NCBI GenBank assembly: GCA_947627425.1
Contig: CANQVZ010000005.1
Coordinates: 6,117 to 70,116, forward strand
Source of the DNA: an uncultured Clostridia bacterium
GTDB taxonomy: Bacteria > Bacillota > Clostridia > Lachnospirales > CAG-274
DNA length: 64,000 nucleotides
Direction: 5' to 3'
How positions within the stretch are numbered: the stretch's first letter is position 1; each line of letters opens with the position of its first letter. The translations under genes were made by a program, and so were the position numbers. The notes under the pieces are model-generated. The model had not been told where the DNA came from. It saw nothing but the letters and a program-made list of their open reading frames with translations, and made no database searches. Positions 35,435-46,644 of the stretch are shown one piece after another.

Positions 35435-36643
35435 ATGTTAAACAAGAAAAGCGTAGACGATTTGAATGTAAAGGGTCAGAAGGTCCTCGTAAGATGCGAT
35501 TTCAACGTACCCATCCAGGACGGAGTTATCACCGATGACAACAGAATAGTTGCCGCTCTGCCCACTATCAATAAGCTCATTGCCGACGGCGCAAGAGTTA
35601 TACTTTGCTCACATCTCGGCAAGCCCAAGGAGCCTTCGGAGGAATTCACACTTGCTCCCGTTGCAAAAAGACTTTCCGAAAAGCTTGGCAAGGAGGTTGT
35701 ATTTGCCGCAGATGATGAGGTCGTAGGTCCCAACGCAAGAGCAGCCGTTGACGCTATGAAGGACGGCGATGTAGTTCTTTTACAGAACACAAGATTCCGC
35801 AAGGAAGAAACAAAGAACGGCGATGAGTTCAGCAAGGATCTTGCTTCTCTCGCTGATATATATGTAAACGACGCTTTCGGTTCGTCACACAGAGCGCACT
35901 GCTCAACCGTAGGCGTTACAAAGTTTGTTAAAGAGGCAGCCGTAGGCTACCTTATGCAGAAGGAAATAGATTACCTCGGCAATGCCGTAAACAATCCCGC
36001 AAGACCTTTTGCGGCTATCATCGGCGGCGCAAAGGTAAGCAGCAAGATAGATGTTATCAATAACCTTCTCGACAAGGTCGATATACTCATCATTGGCGGC
36101 GGTATGGGCTATACCTTCTTCAAGTCAATGGGCTACAATGTAGGCAAGAGTATTCTTGAGGAGGATAAGCTTGAGGTCGCTCGTCAGATAATGCAGAAGG
36201 CAAAGGACAAGGGCGTTAAGTTCTATCTTTCTATCGATACCGTTGTAACGAGCGATTTCGGTCAGGGCAAGCCCAAGCACATCGTTGAAAGACCCCAAAA
36301 TCCTGCAGATCCCTACATTGGCGACAATGAAGAGGGCGTAGATATTGGCGTTAAGTCAAGGGCGCTCTTTGCAGACGCTCTTAAGGACGCAAAGACCGTT
36401 GTATGGAACGGACCTATGGGTGTATTCGAGGTTCCCGACTACGCAGAGGGTACAAAGGCTATAGCTAAGGCTCTTGCAGAGCTTGACGCAACTACCATCA
36501 TAGGCGGCGGCGACTCCACCGCAGCTGTAAATCAGCTTGGTTTTGGCGACAAGATGAGCCATATTTCCACAGGCGGCGGCGCTTCGCTTGAATTCCTTGA
36601 GGGCAAGGAGCTTCCTGGCGTTGCAGCAGCTGACGATAAATAA
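35435..36643 (+). CDS. pgk: Phosphoglycerate kinase
   Basis: 402 aa. The sequence runs from [10 protein letters not shown] to the end LEGKELPGV. Confidence 0.95.
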   Translation: MLNKKSVDDLNVKGQKVLVRCDFNVPIQDGVITDDNRIVAALPTINKLIADGARVILCSHLGKPKEPSEEFTLAPVAKRLSEKLGKEVVFAADDEVVGPNARAAVDAMKDGDVVLLQNTRFRKEETKNGDEFSKDLASLADIYVNDAFGSSHRAHCSTVGVTKFVKEAAVGYLMQKEIDYLGNAVNNPARPFAAIIGGAKVSSKIDVINNLLDKVDILIIGGGMGYTFFKSMGYNVGKSILEEDKLEVARQIMQKAKDKGVKFYLSIDTVVTSDFGQGKPKHIVERPQNPADPYIGDNEEGVDIGVKSRALFADALKDAKTVVWNGPMGVFEVPDYAEGTKAIAKALAELDATTIIGGGDSTAAVNQLGFGDKMSHISTGGGASLEFLEGKELPGVAAADDK

Positions 36644-36668
36644 AATATTTAACCGTTTGTTAATAAAA

Positions 36669-36692
36669 AGGCTGTTGAGATTTCAACAGCCT
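36669..36692 (+). terminator. Hairpin between pgk and tpiA (weak or partial terminator)
   Basis: AGGCTGTTGA-gatt-TCAACAGCCT without a clear U-tract. Confidence 0.35.
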
Positions 36693-36778
36693 TGTAGTAT
36701 AATCATAAGTATATAAATATTTACAGTTGTACTGTAAATTGTAAGGTAAAAACACTACATAGAGAGGGGAAATCCATT

Positions 36779-37525
36779 ATGAGAAAAAGAATGGTCGCAG
36801 GCAATTGGAAAATGAACAAAACTCCCAGAGAAGCGGTAGATCTTGTTATGCTTCTTAAGGATAAGATCGACAGAGAGGACATAGATGTTGTTCTCTGCGT
36901 TCCCGCAATAAATCTTATTGCCGTTGCCGACACTATCATGCACACCAACATAAAGCTCGGCGCAGAAAATCTGCATTATGAAAACTGCGGAGCTTACACA
37001 GGCGAAACATCAGCCACAATGCTCAAGGAAATAGGCGTAAGCTATGTTATAGTTGGTCATTCCGAGAGAAGAAGCTATTTTAAGGAAAGCGACGAGATCG
37101 TCAACAAAAAGGTGCTTAAGGCGTTTGAATACGGCATCACTCCCATTATGTGCGTAGGCGAGAGCCTTGAGGAGAGAGAGGACGCCATAACCGTTGAGAA
37201 GATCAGAATACAGGTAAAGAAGGGTCTTAAGGGACTTACCGATAAGCAGGCGGAAAATGTTGTCATAGCTTACGAGCCTATATGGGCTATAGGCACAGGT
37301 AAGGTTGCCACAAACGAGCAGGCACAGGAAATATGCCATGCCATAAGAGAATGTCTTACCGAAATGTTCGGCAAGGATATAGCCGAAAAGACAAGAATAC
37401 TCTACGGCGGCAGCGTAAACGGCAAGAATGCCGATGAGCTCTTCGCAATGCCCGATATCGACGGCGGACTTGTGGGCGGCGCCAGCCTTAAGGAGGACTT
37501 TGCAAACATTGTAAATGCAGAGTAA
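36779..37525 (+). CDS. tpiA: Triose-phosphate isomerase
   Basis: AGNWKMN, VGHSERR and [11 protein letters not shown] motifs. Confidence 0.95.
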   Translation: MRKRMVAGNWKMNKTPREAVDLVMLLKDKIDREDIDVVLCVPAINLIAVADTIMHTNIKLGAENLHYENCGAYTGETSATMLKEIGVSYVIVGHSERRSYFKESDEIVNKKVLKAFEYGITPIMCVGESLEEREDAITVEKIRIQVKKGLKGLTDKQAENVVIAYEPIWAIGTGKVATNEQAQEICHAIRECLTEMFGKDIAEKTRILYGGSVNGKNADELFAMPDIDGGLVGGASLKEDFANIVNAE

Positions 37526-37557
37526 GCCATTTTTCAGCAGTAAAAGGAGACAAAACA

Positions 37558-39099
37558 ATGAGTAAAAAACCGACAGTTTTAATGATTTTAGACGGCTTCG
37601 GGCTTAATGACAATGTGGAGGGCAACGCCGTAAAGCAGGCAAATACTCCCGTCATTGATTCTCTTATGGCGGATTATCCCTTTGTCAAGGGCTATGCCAG
37701 CGGTCTTTCCGTAGGTCTTCCCGACGGACAGATGGGCAATTCCGAGGTAGGTCATCTCAATATGGGCGCAGGCAGAGTCATATATCAGGACCTTACAAAG
37801 ATAACAAAGTCCATAGAGGACGGAGATTTCTTTGAAAATAAGGAGCTTATGGACGCGGTGAACAACTGCAAGGAGCATGATTCCGCGCTTCACCTCTACG
37901 GTCTGCTTTCGCCCGGCGGCGTTCACAGCCACATCACCCATGTGTACGCACTTTTGAAGCTTGCCAAGATGAACGGACTTGAAAAGGTATATGTTCATTG
38001 CTTCCTTGACGGCAGAGACACGCCTCCCGCATCAGCAAGAGGATATATTGCCGAGCTTGAAGAAAAGATGAAGGAAATAGGCGTGGGCAGCGTTGCTACC
38101 ATATCGGGCAGATACTATGCCATGGACAGAGATAAGAGATGGGACAGAGTTGAAAAGGCTTACAGAGCACTTGTTCTGGGCGAGGGCGATACGGCTGATT
38201 CTGCCGACGAGTGCATGGCAAATTCATACGGCAAGGAAGTCTTTGACGAATTTGTGGTACCCTGCGTGATATTAAAGGACGGAAAGCCCACAGCCACAAT
38301 AAAAGAAAACGACTCTATCATTTTCTTCAATTTCAGACCCGACAGGGCGAGAGAAATAACAAGAGCCTTCTGCGATGTGGACTTTGACGGCTTTGAAAGA
38401 CCCAAGGGATATTTCCCCGTAAAGTATGTATGCTTCACGGATTATGATGTTACTATAGAGAACAAGGAAGTAGCCTTTAAGAAGGAGAGCATAACAAACA
38501 CTCTCGGAGAATATCTTTCAAAGCTTGGTCTCAAGCAGGCAAGAATAGCCGAAACTGAGAAGTATGCGCATGTTACCTTCTTCTTCAACGGCGGAGTTGA
38601 GGAGCCTAACGAGGGCGAGGACAGAATACTTGTGCCTTCACCCAAGGTAGCCACATATGACCTCCAGCCCGAAATGAGCGCAATACAGGTTACCGATAAG
38701 CTCATAGAGGCGATAGAGAGCGGAAAGTATGATGTAATAATAATAAATTATGCCAACCCCGACATGGTAGGACACACTGGAATAATGCCCGCCGCAATAA
38801 AGGCTGTCGAGACCATAGATTCCTGCCTCGGCAGAGTTATGCAGAGCCTTAAAAAGGTAGACGGTCAGATGTTCCTCTGCGCAGATCATGGCAACAGCGA
38901 TCAGCTCATAGACTATGAAACGGGCAAGCCCTTCACGGCTCACACCACAAATCCCGTGCCCTTTATACTCATCAACTGCGACAAGGCAAAGGGACTTATG
39001 GAGGACGGTAAGCTCTGCGATATAGCGCCTACGCTTCTGGATATGATGGATATAGAAAAGCCGAAGGAAATGACGGGTCATTCGCTTCTTATCAAATAA
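37558..39099 (+). CDS. gpmI: 2,3-bisphosphoglycerate-independent phosphoglycerate mutase
   Basis: 513 aa. The sequence runs from LMILDGFG through GNSEVGHLNMGAGR. Confidence 0.95.
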   Translation: MSKKPTVLMILDGFGLNDNVEGNAVKQANTPVIDSLMADYPFVKGYASGLSVGLPDGQMGNSEVGHLNMGAGRVIYQDLTKITKSIEDGDFFENKELMDAVNNCKEHDSALHLYGLLSPGGVHSHITHVYALLKLAKMNGLEKVYVHCFLDGRDTPPASARGYIAELEEKMKEIGVGSVATISGRYYAMDRDKRWDRVEKAYRALVLGEGDTADSADECMANSYGKEVFDEFVVPCVILKDGKPTATIKENDSIIFFNFRPDRAREITRAFCDVDFDGFERPKGYFPVKYVCFTDYDVTIENKEVAFKKESITNTLGEYLSKLGLKQARIAETEKYAHVTFFFNGGVEEPNEGEDRILVPSPKVATYDLQPEMSAIQVTDKLIEAIESGKYDVIIINYANPDMVGHTGIMPAAIKAVETIDSCLGRVMQSLKKVDGQMFLCADHGNSDQLIDYETGKPFTAHTTNPVPFILINCDKAKGLMEDGKLCDIAPTLLDMMDIEKPKEMTGHSLLIK

Positions 39100-39162
39100 A
39101 AAGCAAAAATTTATATAAATTTTTAATAAATGTATAGATTTTTTGTGTAATATAGGTTATAA

Positions 39163-40542
<1,380 letters not shown>

Positions 40543-40555
40543 TATCACATTTAGA

Positions 40556-40578
40556 GCCGCCCGAAAGGGCGGTTTTTT
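40556..40578 (+). terminator. Intrinsic terminator after eno
   Basis: CCGCCC-gaaa-GGGCGG followed by TTTTTT. Confidence 0.85.
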
Positions 40579-40667
40579 GTTGCACATTGCTGTAGAAAAT
40601 GTTGACGATATAGCTTTAACATGATAAAATAAATAGAGAGTTGTAGAGAAGAAAGGAGGACTGCATA

Positions 40668-41123
40668 ATGCTGACCGAGGAAATGCTGTGTAATGGAACA
40701 CTATTAGGCATTTGCAGCAAGTTAAAAGAGGCAAATTTAACAGATGATGTGGTAGTATGTCTTGGCAGTGCTGCCGGTTTGATGTGTTTGTCCAATCAAT
40801 TTACTACACGCAAAGTCTATGTGTATACAGATTTAGATGAAGCACAGTTGCCGCCGCAAGTGGAAAAGGTCAATGTAGATTATCATAACAAGGATACTGT
40901 AAAAGTGCGAGGGTTCACCTGTACCTCTGCAACCCAAACAATTCTGGATTTACTGGAGTTCACCGAGGATATTGGCAATCAGGATTTGTATGAGTCTTTG
41001 TGGATGTATTACACAACACATGGCGACTCCTTTGCCGAGCTTGTAAGCTTGCTGAACAGTAGGCAGAAAGCTACATTTCAGATTTACGAGGAGGATGCTA
41101 TACATTATAAGGATGAGAGGTGA
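40668..41123 (+). CDS. Hypothetical protein, putative AbiEi-like antitoxin partner
   Basis: 151 aa. Its stop overlaps the start of the AbiEii-like gene by 4 nt. The call rests on gene context only. Confidence 0.4.
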   Translation: MLTEEMLCNGTLLGICSKLKEANLTDDVVVCLGSAAGLMCLSNQFTTRKVYVYTDLDEAQLPPQVEKVNVDYHNKDTVKVRGFTCTSATQTILDLLEFTEDIGNQDLYESLWMYYTTHGDSFAELVSLLNSRQKATFQIYEEDAIHYKDER

Positions 41124-41884
41124 TCAGCTTGAACAATTCCTATGATAACCCCATTGCATTACTTAATTTGATGAAACAGTTAATGTGTACATTAGCCTAT
41201 AGTGGTACACCTTTAGTATTTAAGGGAGAGAATTTGCTTCTAAATGTTCTAGATGGTAAAAATATGGATAAAAGCCTATTTCGCTTAACTCAAGATATAG
41301 ATGCTAACTGGACACAGGGAAATCCAAGTGTCTCCTTTATTGTATCTGAGTTAAGTAAAGCTTTGCATCTAGTGGATCCAAGTTTGCAAGTTGTCCCTTT
41401 GAAGGCTCATATAGATAATGGTATGATAACTTTTGTTGTAATGCAGGGTGCCGGTGGTTTATTCAGCATAGATATACTTATAGCAAATCCGGTATTTTAC
41501 TGTGAATATACAATAGATGGACAAGCGGTAAAGGGTGCAACACTTGAAAAAATGCTTGCTGACAAGATTAAAGTTCTCTCAACAGATATAATATATCGTA
41601 GAGGCAAAGACCTGTTTGACATATATGCGCTGTCACATATTAAGGGGTATACAACTCTGAATATACTAAAAGTAATGTCTGTATGCAGTTATGTTTTGGG
41701 AAATTTTGACTGCTTTTCCAACATCAAAAAATTAGAAAGAGCCTATGAACAAGTAAGTACATTGGGAGAACGCCCGCCGTTTGTCCATGTATGTCAAAGG
41801 GTACAGAAATTTGTATATCCTTTTATGTTTAGAACAAAATCGAACTACATGTGGAATGGAAATTCTTGGGTTGATTATCAGTAA
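41120..41884 (+). CDS. Nucleotidyltransferase AbiEii/AbiGii (DUF1814) toxin family protein
   Basis: 254 aa. The N-terminal sequence from LVFKGENLLLNVL through FRLTQDIDANW resembles the FKGGTAL and S-DID motifs of DUF1814. Confidence 0.55.
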   Translation: MISLNNSYDNPIALLNLMKQLMCTLAYSGTPLVFKGENLLLNVLDGKNMDKSLFRLTQDIDANWTQGNPSVSFIVSELSKALHLVDPSLQVVPLKAHIDNGMITFVVMQGAGGLFSIDILIANPVFYCEYTIDGQAVKGATLEKMLADKIKVLSTDIIYRRGKDLFDIYALSHIKGYTTLNILKVMSVCSYVLGNFDCFSNIKKLERAYEQVSTLGERPPFVHVCQRVQKFVYPFMFRTKSNYMWNGNSWVDYQ

Positions 41885-41932
41885 TAAAAAGGACACCTCT
41901 TTATGAAGTGTCCTTAATTTATTCATATTACT

Positions 41933-43243
41933 TTAAAATCTCCACTGGCAGTTATAAGCTGTTGCTTGCCATCTTTGAGCAGTTGCATTCCACTTGTAGG
42001 TACACCAACCACCTAGACCAAATGATTGAAGTTCACCATCGGTTTTACCAGGTGTGGTAGGCTTGTAAGCTTCCTGTATCTTGTCCCATTCATCACTCCA
42101 GTGTCCCTCACCTGTTTCTGGGTTGACACGATATGTTGCACCAAGTCCACCAAACACACCTGTTGAAGTGCAGTTAGTTTCATCAAAAACACTGCCTTCT
42201 TTTATTGTGCTGTTGATTCTTGGAAGTCTACGACCAAGTTCAGTTGCTACAGGCTGTCCTTCACCAAGAACTCCACCTGTTCCAACCTTAAGCACGGTAC
42301 TCTTGCCATTGGCATCTACAAATGTATCACCTGGTACAGCTTCTCGTCTGTCAGCATCTGACTGGTTAAGTGTGCCTACCTGAACTCCTGCATAGGGGTC
42401 TTTCTTTTCAATTTTTATGACTTTACTTGTGTCACGCTTGCTAGGATTGCTTAAAGCATATATGAGAACCGCACTATCTTCTCTTGTGAGGTTCATTTGA
42501 GGATTGAAGTTACTGTTCTGGTCGCCATGACCTATACCTAAAATGTAAAGTTTGGCAATAGAAGCTCTGTTTGACATGTCTTCATTCCAGTCACCAATCA
42601 TAGCCTCAAGGTCATAATCATTTTGAATACTGCCCTCAACTTTTTCACCTTTGAGCTTTTCTATGCAGTCAACCATTATGTCGGCTGCTTCCTCTCTGAG
42701 AATTGGTTGCGTCCACTTGTTGCCATTACCACTGTCTTTAAAGGCCGTACCTATGCCAAGATAAGAGCTTCCAATTATTAAGTCCTTGCCCCAAAGTCCA
42801 TTAAGATTATCAACAGCTACAGAATCATCATAAAATGATATTCCCTCCGGTTCAGGAACTTTAGACTTTTTAATTGCTTCGTTTATCTTGATTAAACCTG
42901 GGTCGCAGGCGTTTACGCACATTGATAGGAACTCTTGTCGCGTTATGGTACCCTGTGGTCTGAAGGTGTTGTCTTCGGGGTAGCCCTTTATTGAACCGAT
43001 GTTTACCAGGCTCTCAACGGATTCCCTCGAATAGTCCCTTATCTTGGCATCATCCCGGAACTGTGTGGCAGCTTCTACCTCTTCATGGAAAAGTTCGCCT
43101 ACAGGAGAGTTTACACTTCCTAATGCCAAACTGATGCCTAAGCAAATTGCTAAGTTCTTTAATACAAGCTTATTCATTACCTTTTTTATCGGTCTTTCCT
43201 TCCGGCGAATGCCGGGCTGATTCTGTTTCATACAAATCACCAT
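41933..43243 (-). CDS. S-layer homology (SLH) domain surface protein with an uncharacterised C-terminal domain
   Basis: Signal peptide MNKLVLKNLAICLGISLALGS. SLH-like segments FRDDAKIRDYSRESVESLVNIGSIKGYPEDNTFRPQGTITRQEFLSM and NFNPQMNLTREDSAVLIYAL. Confidence 0.7.
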   Translation of the reverse strand: MVICMKQNQPGIRRKERPIKKVMNKLVLKNLAICLGISLALGSVNSPVGELFHEEVEAATQFRDDAKIRDYSRESVESLVNIGSIKGYPEDNTFRPQGTITRQEFLSMCVNACDPGLIKINEAIKKSKVPEPEGISFYDDSVAVDNLNGLWGKDLIIGSSYLGIGTAFKDSGNGNKWTQPILREEAADIMVDCIEKLKGEKVEGSIQNDYDLEAMIGDWNEDMSNRASIAKLYILGIGHGDQNSNFNPQMNLTREDSAVLIYALSNPSKRDTSKVIKIEKKDPYAGVQVGTLNQSDADRREAVPGDTFVDANGKSTVLKVGTGGVLGEGQPVATELGRRLPRINSTIKEGSVFDETNCTSTGVFGGLGATYRVNPETGEGHWSDEWDKIQEAYKPTTPGKTDGELQSFGLGGWCTYKWNATAQRWQATAYNCQWRF

Positions 43244-43492
43244 TCCTTTCTTATATTTTATGTCTTGAAAGTTGACCTAAAAAATTTGTTTCTACTGACA
43301 ATATCTTATATGCCTGTACAATATAACAAGTTCATTGAATTTAGTATAACATATTTTTCAAAATTTTCAATAGTACAATGAGCTAAGACAACTCTTATTG
43401 ATTTGTACATAAGCTGCTCTATGCGCTTTGTAAACCCCGTTTCTTTTAAATGCCCGCCTCATAGAATTAAAAAAATATTTTATAATAGTTAT

Positions 43493-43705
43493 TTAGTCGT
43501 CATTCTCTCTGTATACAATATCAACCAAAGAAATCATTGCTCTTGTGAGTATTATTTCTGTTTCAATACGCATATATGTTACAATATGTTCCACATCGCG
43601 CCTTTCAAAAACATCTATCTTGCCGTTTTGGTAAACCTCTTCCGCAATTTCCTCTATTAAATAGGGAAGTTCTTTTTTTATGATATTATTGAGTTTATTT
43701 GACAT
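43493..43705 (-). CDS. Hypothetical small protein (70 aa)
   Basis: ORF with a GGAGGA RBS upstream. I recognise no family. Confidence 0.4.
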   Translation of the reverse strand: MSNKLNNIIKKELPYLIEEIAEEVYQNGKIDVFERRDVEHIVTYMRIETEIILTRAMISLVDIVYRENDD

Positions 43706-43998
43706 ATTATCCTCCGTTTGTCCCTCCTGCGCGAAATAAATATATCAATATTATGACAAAATATAAATACTAAAAAAGAAAATTTTTGAATAAAAATGCA
43801 ATTTTTTTGAATTTTTAAGTGTAAAATTTAATTTTATACACTAAAACGCTCTGTTTGCTTTATTATATAAACCGTCATTTGCTTTTTGCACGCCACCCCT
43901 TCACCGTGCAACATCACAAAAGGGCGTTGCAAAATCTTCATAGTATGTTATAATAATATATAATGAAAATATAGCTTAATATAGGGAGAAGATACAGT

Positions 43999-44172
43999 AT
44001 GTCATCAAACAATTATAATAGCAACATTAAGAATCTGAAAGGTTCCTTAGCTGTTGAGGGAATATATTTAACAGATGAGGCTATGCTCAATCTGGAGCGT
44101 CTTGCAAGTGGTAATGCTTCATGTTCACAGCTCGTTGAAGAAATAAAGCAAAAATATATTCAAGAGGTGTGA
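43999..44172 (+). CDS. VbhA-type antitoxin of a Fic toxin
   Basis: Below the ORF-track cutoff. Manual translation gives MSSNNYNSNIKNLKGSLAVEGIYLTDEAMLNLERLASGNASCSQLVEEIKQKYIQEV. SLAVEG matches the inhibitory motif (S/T)xxxE(G/N). GGGAGA RBS. The stop lies 5 nt before the fic start. Confidence 0.75.
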   Translation: MSSNNYNSNIKNLKGSLAVEGIYLTDEAMLNLERLASGNASCSQLVEEIKQKYIQEV

Positions 44173-44177
44173 TATAA

Positions 44178-44774
44178 ATGTTTTCAAGATATGAAGTTTA
44201 CACAACTGTTCAGTCGTTATATTGTTATCCCGACACAGATGTACTCATAAACAAGCTCAACATAAGAGATGCAAAATTACTAAAAAAGGCAGAGGCTGAG
44301 ATAACTGCAATAAAACAACTTGAACTTTTGCAAAATCCTATTGCCGGAAACTTAACAAAGACACACTTGTTTAATATTCATAAATTTATATTTGAGGACA
44401 TTTATCCGTTTGCCGGAAAAATAAGGCGGGAAAAAATAAGTAAAGCCGATACAATGTTCTACCCTCCGGATTTGATAAATAGCGAACTTAATAAATTATT
44501 TGGACTAATCAAACAGAAAAATATGCTGAATGAGAAAAATGTAAATAGAATTTTTGATAATTCTGCTTATGTTATGGCAGAGCTTAATATAATACATCCG
44601 TTCAGAGAGGGAAATGGCAGAGCAATTCGTGAGTTTATACGTTTGATGCTTAAAAGAACAGGTTATGATTTAAACTGGGGCAATGCTGATAAGACAGAAA
44701 TATTAGAGGCGTCTATTGCCTCTGTTTATAATTATAAAGTATTGGCAGATGTGTTAAAAAAGTGTATACAGTAA
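44178..44774 (+). CDS. fic: Fic family protein (class I Fic toxin, AMP-transferase type)
   Basis: Fic motif HPFREGNGRAIR. 198 aa. Confidence 0.88.
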   Translation: MFSRYEVYTTVQSLYCYPDTDVLINKLNIRDAKLLKKAEAEITAIKQLELLQNPIAGNLTKTHLFNIHKFIFEDIYPFAGKIRREKISKADTMFYPPDLINSELNKLFGLIKQKNMLNEKNVNRIFDNSAYVMAELNIIHPFREGNGRAIREFIRLMLKRTGYDLNWGNADKTEILEASIASVYNYKVLADVLKKCIQ

Positions 44775-44837
44775 AATTTATAATGAAAAAAATATAGCCA
44801 TACCGACAATTAAGCGAACAGAAACAAAAATAATAAT

Positions 44838-44968
44838 CAGAGAAGGAAGGCAGTGTTTTTGGTGAAACTAACTGTACTTCAACAGGTGTGTTTGGTGGAC
44901 TTGGCGTGACCTACCGTGTCAATCCCGACACAGGTGAGGTTCACCGGAGCAATGAATGGGATAAAATA
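44838..44968 (+). pseudogene. Fragment homologous to the 3' part of the SLH protein gene (41933-43243), in inverted orientation
   Basis: It encodes EGSVFGETNCTSTGVFGGLGVTYRVNPDTGEVHRSNEWDKI, compared with EGSVFDETNCTSTGVFGGLGATYRVNPETGEGHWSDEWDKI in the intact gene. There is no start codon, and stops lie immediately upstream. Confidence 0.75.
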
Positions 44969-44984
44969 ACTATATGCTCTGCAC

Positions 44985-45012
44985 AAAAAAAAGAAGCACT
45001 TTACTGTGCTTC
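44985..45012 (-). terminator. Intrinsic terminator downstream of tRNA-Ser
   Basis: On the minus strand: GAAGCAC-agtaaa-GTGCTTC followed by TTTTTTTT. Confidence 0.75.
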
Positions 45013-45021
45013 GATAAAGAG

Positions 45022-45109
45022 CGGAGTAGGAGAGATTTGAACTCTCGCGCCGCGCAAACGACCTACTCCCTTAGCAGGGGAGCCCCTTCAGCCACTTGGG
45101 TACTACTCC
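45022..45109 (-). tRNA. tRNA-Ser (anticodon GCU), class II with a long variable arm; CCA not encoded
   Basis: Manual cloverleaf. Acceptor stem GGAGTAG/CTACTCC. Anticodon stem-loop CTCCC-CTGCTAA-GGGAG. T arm GAGAG-TTCAAAT-CTCTC. Confidence 0.85.
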
Positions 45110-45178
45110 ATACCAAACCGCTGTGATTTACAACGCTTAATAAGTATAGCATATAAAGAATAAACTGTCAAGACTTTT

Positions 45179-45691
45179 TTATAACAAAACAAAGAAAATA
45201 CAGCCCGAAATTAAGCTTATAAGCCATCCGCAGAGCACATCAAGAGGATAGTGTACGCCCGTCATTATCCTTGAAAGCCCCGTAAAAAATGAGAAGACTA
45301 TAAGAAGCGGTACAACCTTGGGAAACACAAGGATATACGAGAGCGATATTATCATGGAGCTGCAGGCGTGATTGCTGGGAAACGACCCGCTTTCGCCGTG
45401 CTCCACAAGCTTTTCTACGCCGTCCGTTAAAAACGGTCTGGGTTTGTTCAGAATTTTCCTCAATATCGTGTTGAAAACAAGGGTAAAAAAGGGAACGGCA
45501 ATTATTTTCACTATTCCCTCTTTTCCCGTCATGTACAGTGCTGATATGCCCGCAATATATATGATTATGAATGCGGGCTTTGAAAGCTGTGTTATGAATA
45601 CGGCTGTTTTTTCAGCCCATTTGTTTTTTGCCGTGAAGAAATATATTTTCTCAAAAAGCCTTTTATTCATTCCAAACACCGTCAAATACAA
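45179..45691 (-). CDS. PAP2 family phosphatase (undecaprenyl-diphosphatase-like)
   Basis: PAP2 motifs KxxxxxxRP (KILNKPRP), PSNH and SRIMTGVHYPLD. It overlaps the dapF 3' end. An alternative start is at 45670. Confidence 0.8.
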   Translation of the reverse strand: MYLTVFGMNKRLFEKIYFFTAKNKWAEKTAVFITQLSKPAFIIIYIAGISALYMTGKEGIVKIIAVPFFTLVFNTILRKILNKPRPFLTDGVEKLVEHGESGSFPSNHACSSMIISLSYILVFPKVVPLLIVFSFFTGLSRIMTGVHYPLDVLCGWLISLISGCIFFVLL

Positions 45692-46535
45692 AGGTCGCGG
45701 GACCCGTCATATAAACATGGTCATCCTTTTCACTCCACTCTATTGTGAGAGTGCCGCCCAAAAGCTTTACATCAACAGGCACTCTGGGGCAAAGTCCTCT
45801 GAGGTTTGCAGCTACCACCGTTGCGCAGGTGCCCGTACCGCAGGCCCATGTCTCGCCCGCACCTCTTTCCCATACTCTCATGTCCAGATGAGTGCTGTCC
45901 TTAAATCTGGCAAATTCCACATTTGTTTTCCGCGGGAAAGCCGTGTTCACTTCTAATGAAGGTCCGTAGTATTCGACCGCAAAGTCCTTCACATCCTCAT
46001 CAATAAAAGTAACTGCATGAGGATTGCCCATCGAAACGCAGGTGAAGTCAAATTCCCTGTCTTGTGAGGCAAGCTTAAGCGACATAACGGCGCTTACGCC
46101 GTCTATTTTTGAAGCTGTCGCTTCGGCATTTACGGGAACCTCCGCAGGCGTAAGTATGGGTTTGCCCATATCCACCGTGAGCATTTCAGCCTCGCCCTTG
46201 TCGTTCGGGTGTACCTCTATCACCTTTATTCCCGCAAGAGTTTCAAGCCTTATGGGGTTCTTTTTTATAATGCCTCTGTCATATACATATCTGCCCACGC
46301 ATCTTGACGCATTGCCGCACATCTCCGCCTCCGAGCCGTCGGAATTGAACATTCTCATCTTGCAGTCGTTTTCATCATTGTCCGGAGGACATATGAGCAC
46401 AAGCCCGTCCGAGCCTATGCCGAAATGCCTGTCGCTCATTGCCTTTGAAAGCGTCGACGGGTCAGCCACCTTTTCCTCAAAACAGTTTATATACACATAG
46501 TCGTTTCCGCAGCCGTGCATTTTTGTAAATTTCAT
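45663..46535 (-). CDS. dapF: Diaminopimelate epimerase
   Basis: MKFTKMHGCGNDYVYIN, with the two catalytic Cys contexts GNASRC and ACGTG. GGGAGAG RBS before 46535. The track ORF extends to 46577. Confidence 0.92.
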   Translation of the reverse strand: MKFTKMHGCGNDYVYINCFEEKVADPSTLSKAMSDRHFGIGSDGLVLICPPDNDENDCKMRMFNSDGSEAEMCGNASRCVGRYVYDRGIIKKNPIRLETLAGIKVIEVHPNDKGEAEMLTVDMGKPILTPAEVPVNAEATASKIDGVSAVMSLKLASQDREFDFTCVSMGNPHAVTFIDEDVKDFAVEYYGPSLEVNTAFPRKTNVEFARFKDSTHLDMRVWERGAGETWACGTGTCATVVAANLRGLCPRVPVDVKLLGGTLTIEWSEKDDHVYMTGPATFVFDGVWNE

Positions 46536-46644
46536 TCTATCACTCTCCCTGCTTGTTTTATATATATAAAATACCATAAAACGGCATTGATTTCAAGAAA
46601 AAAATATGCTCCTCCCGTATAAAAAGAGGAGCCTAAAAATTTTT

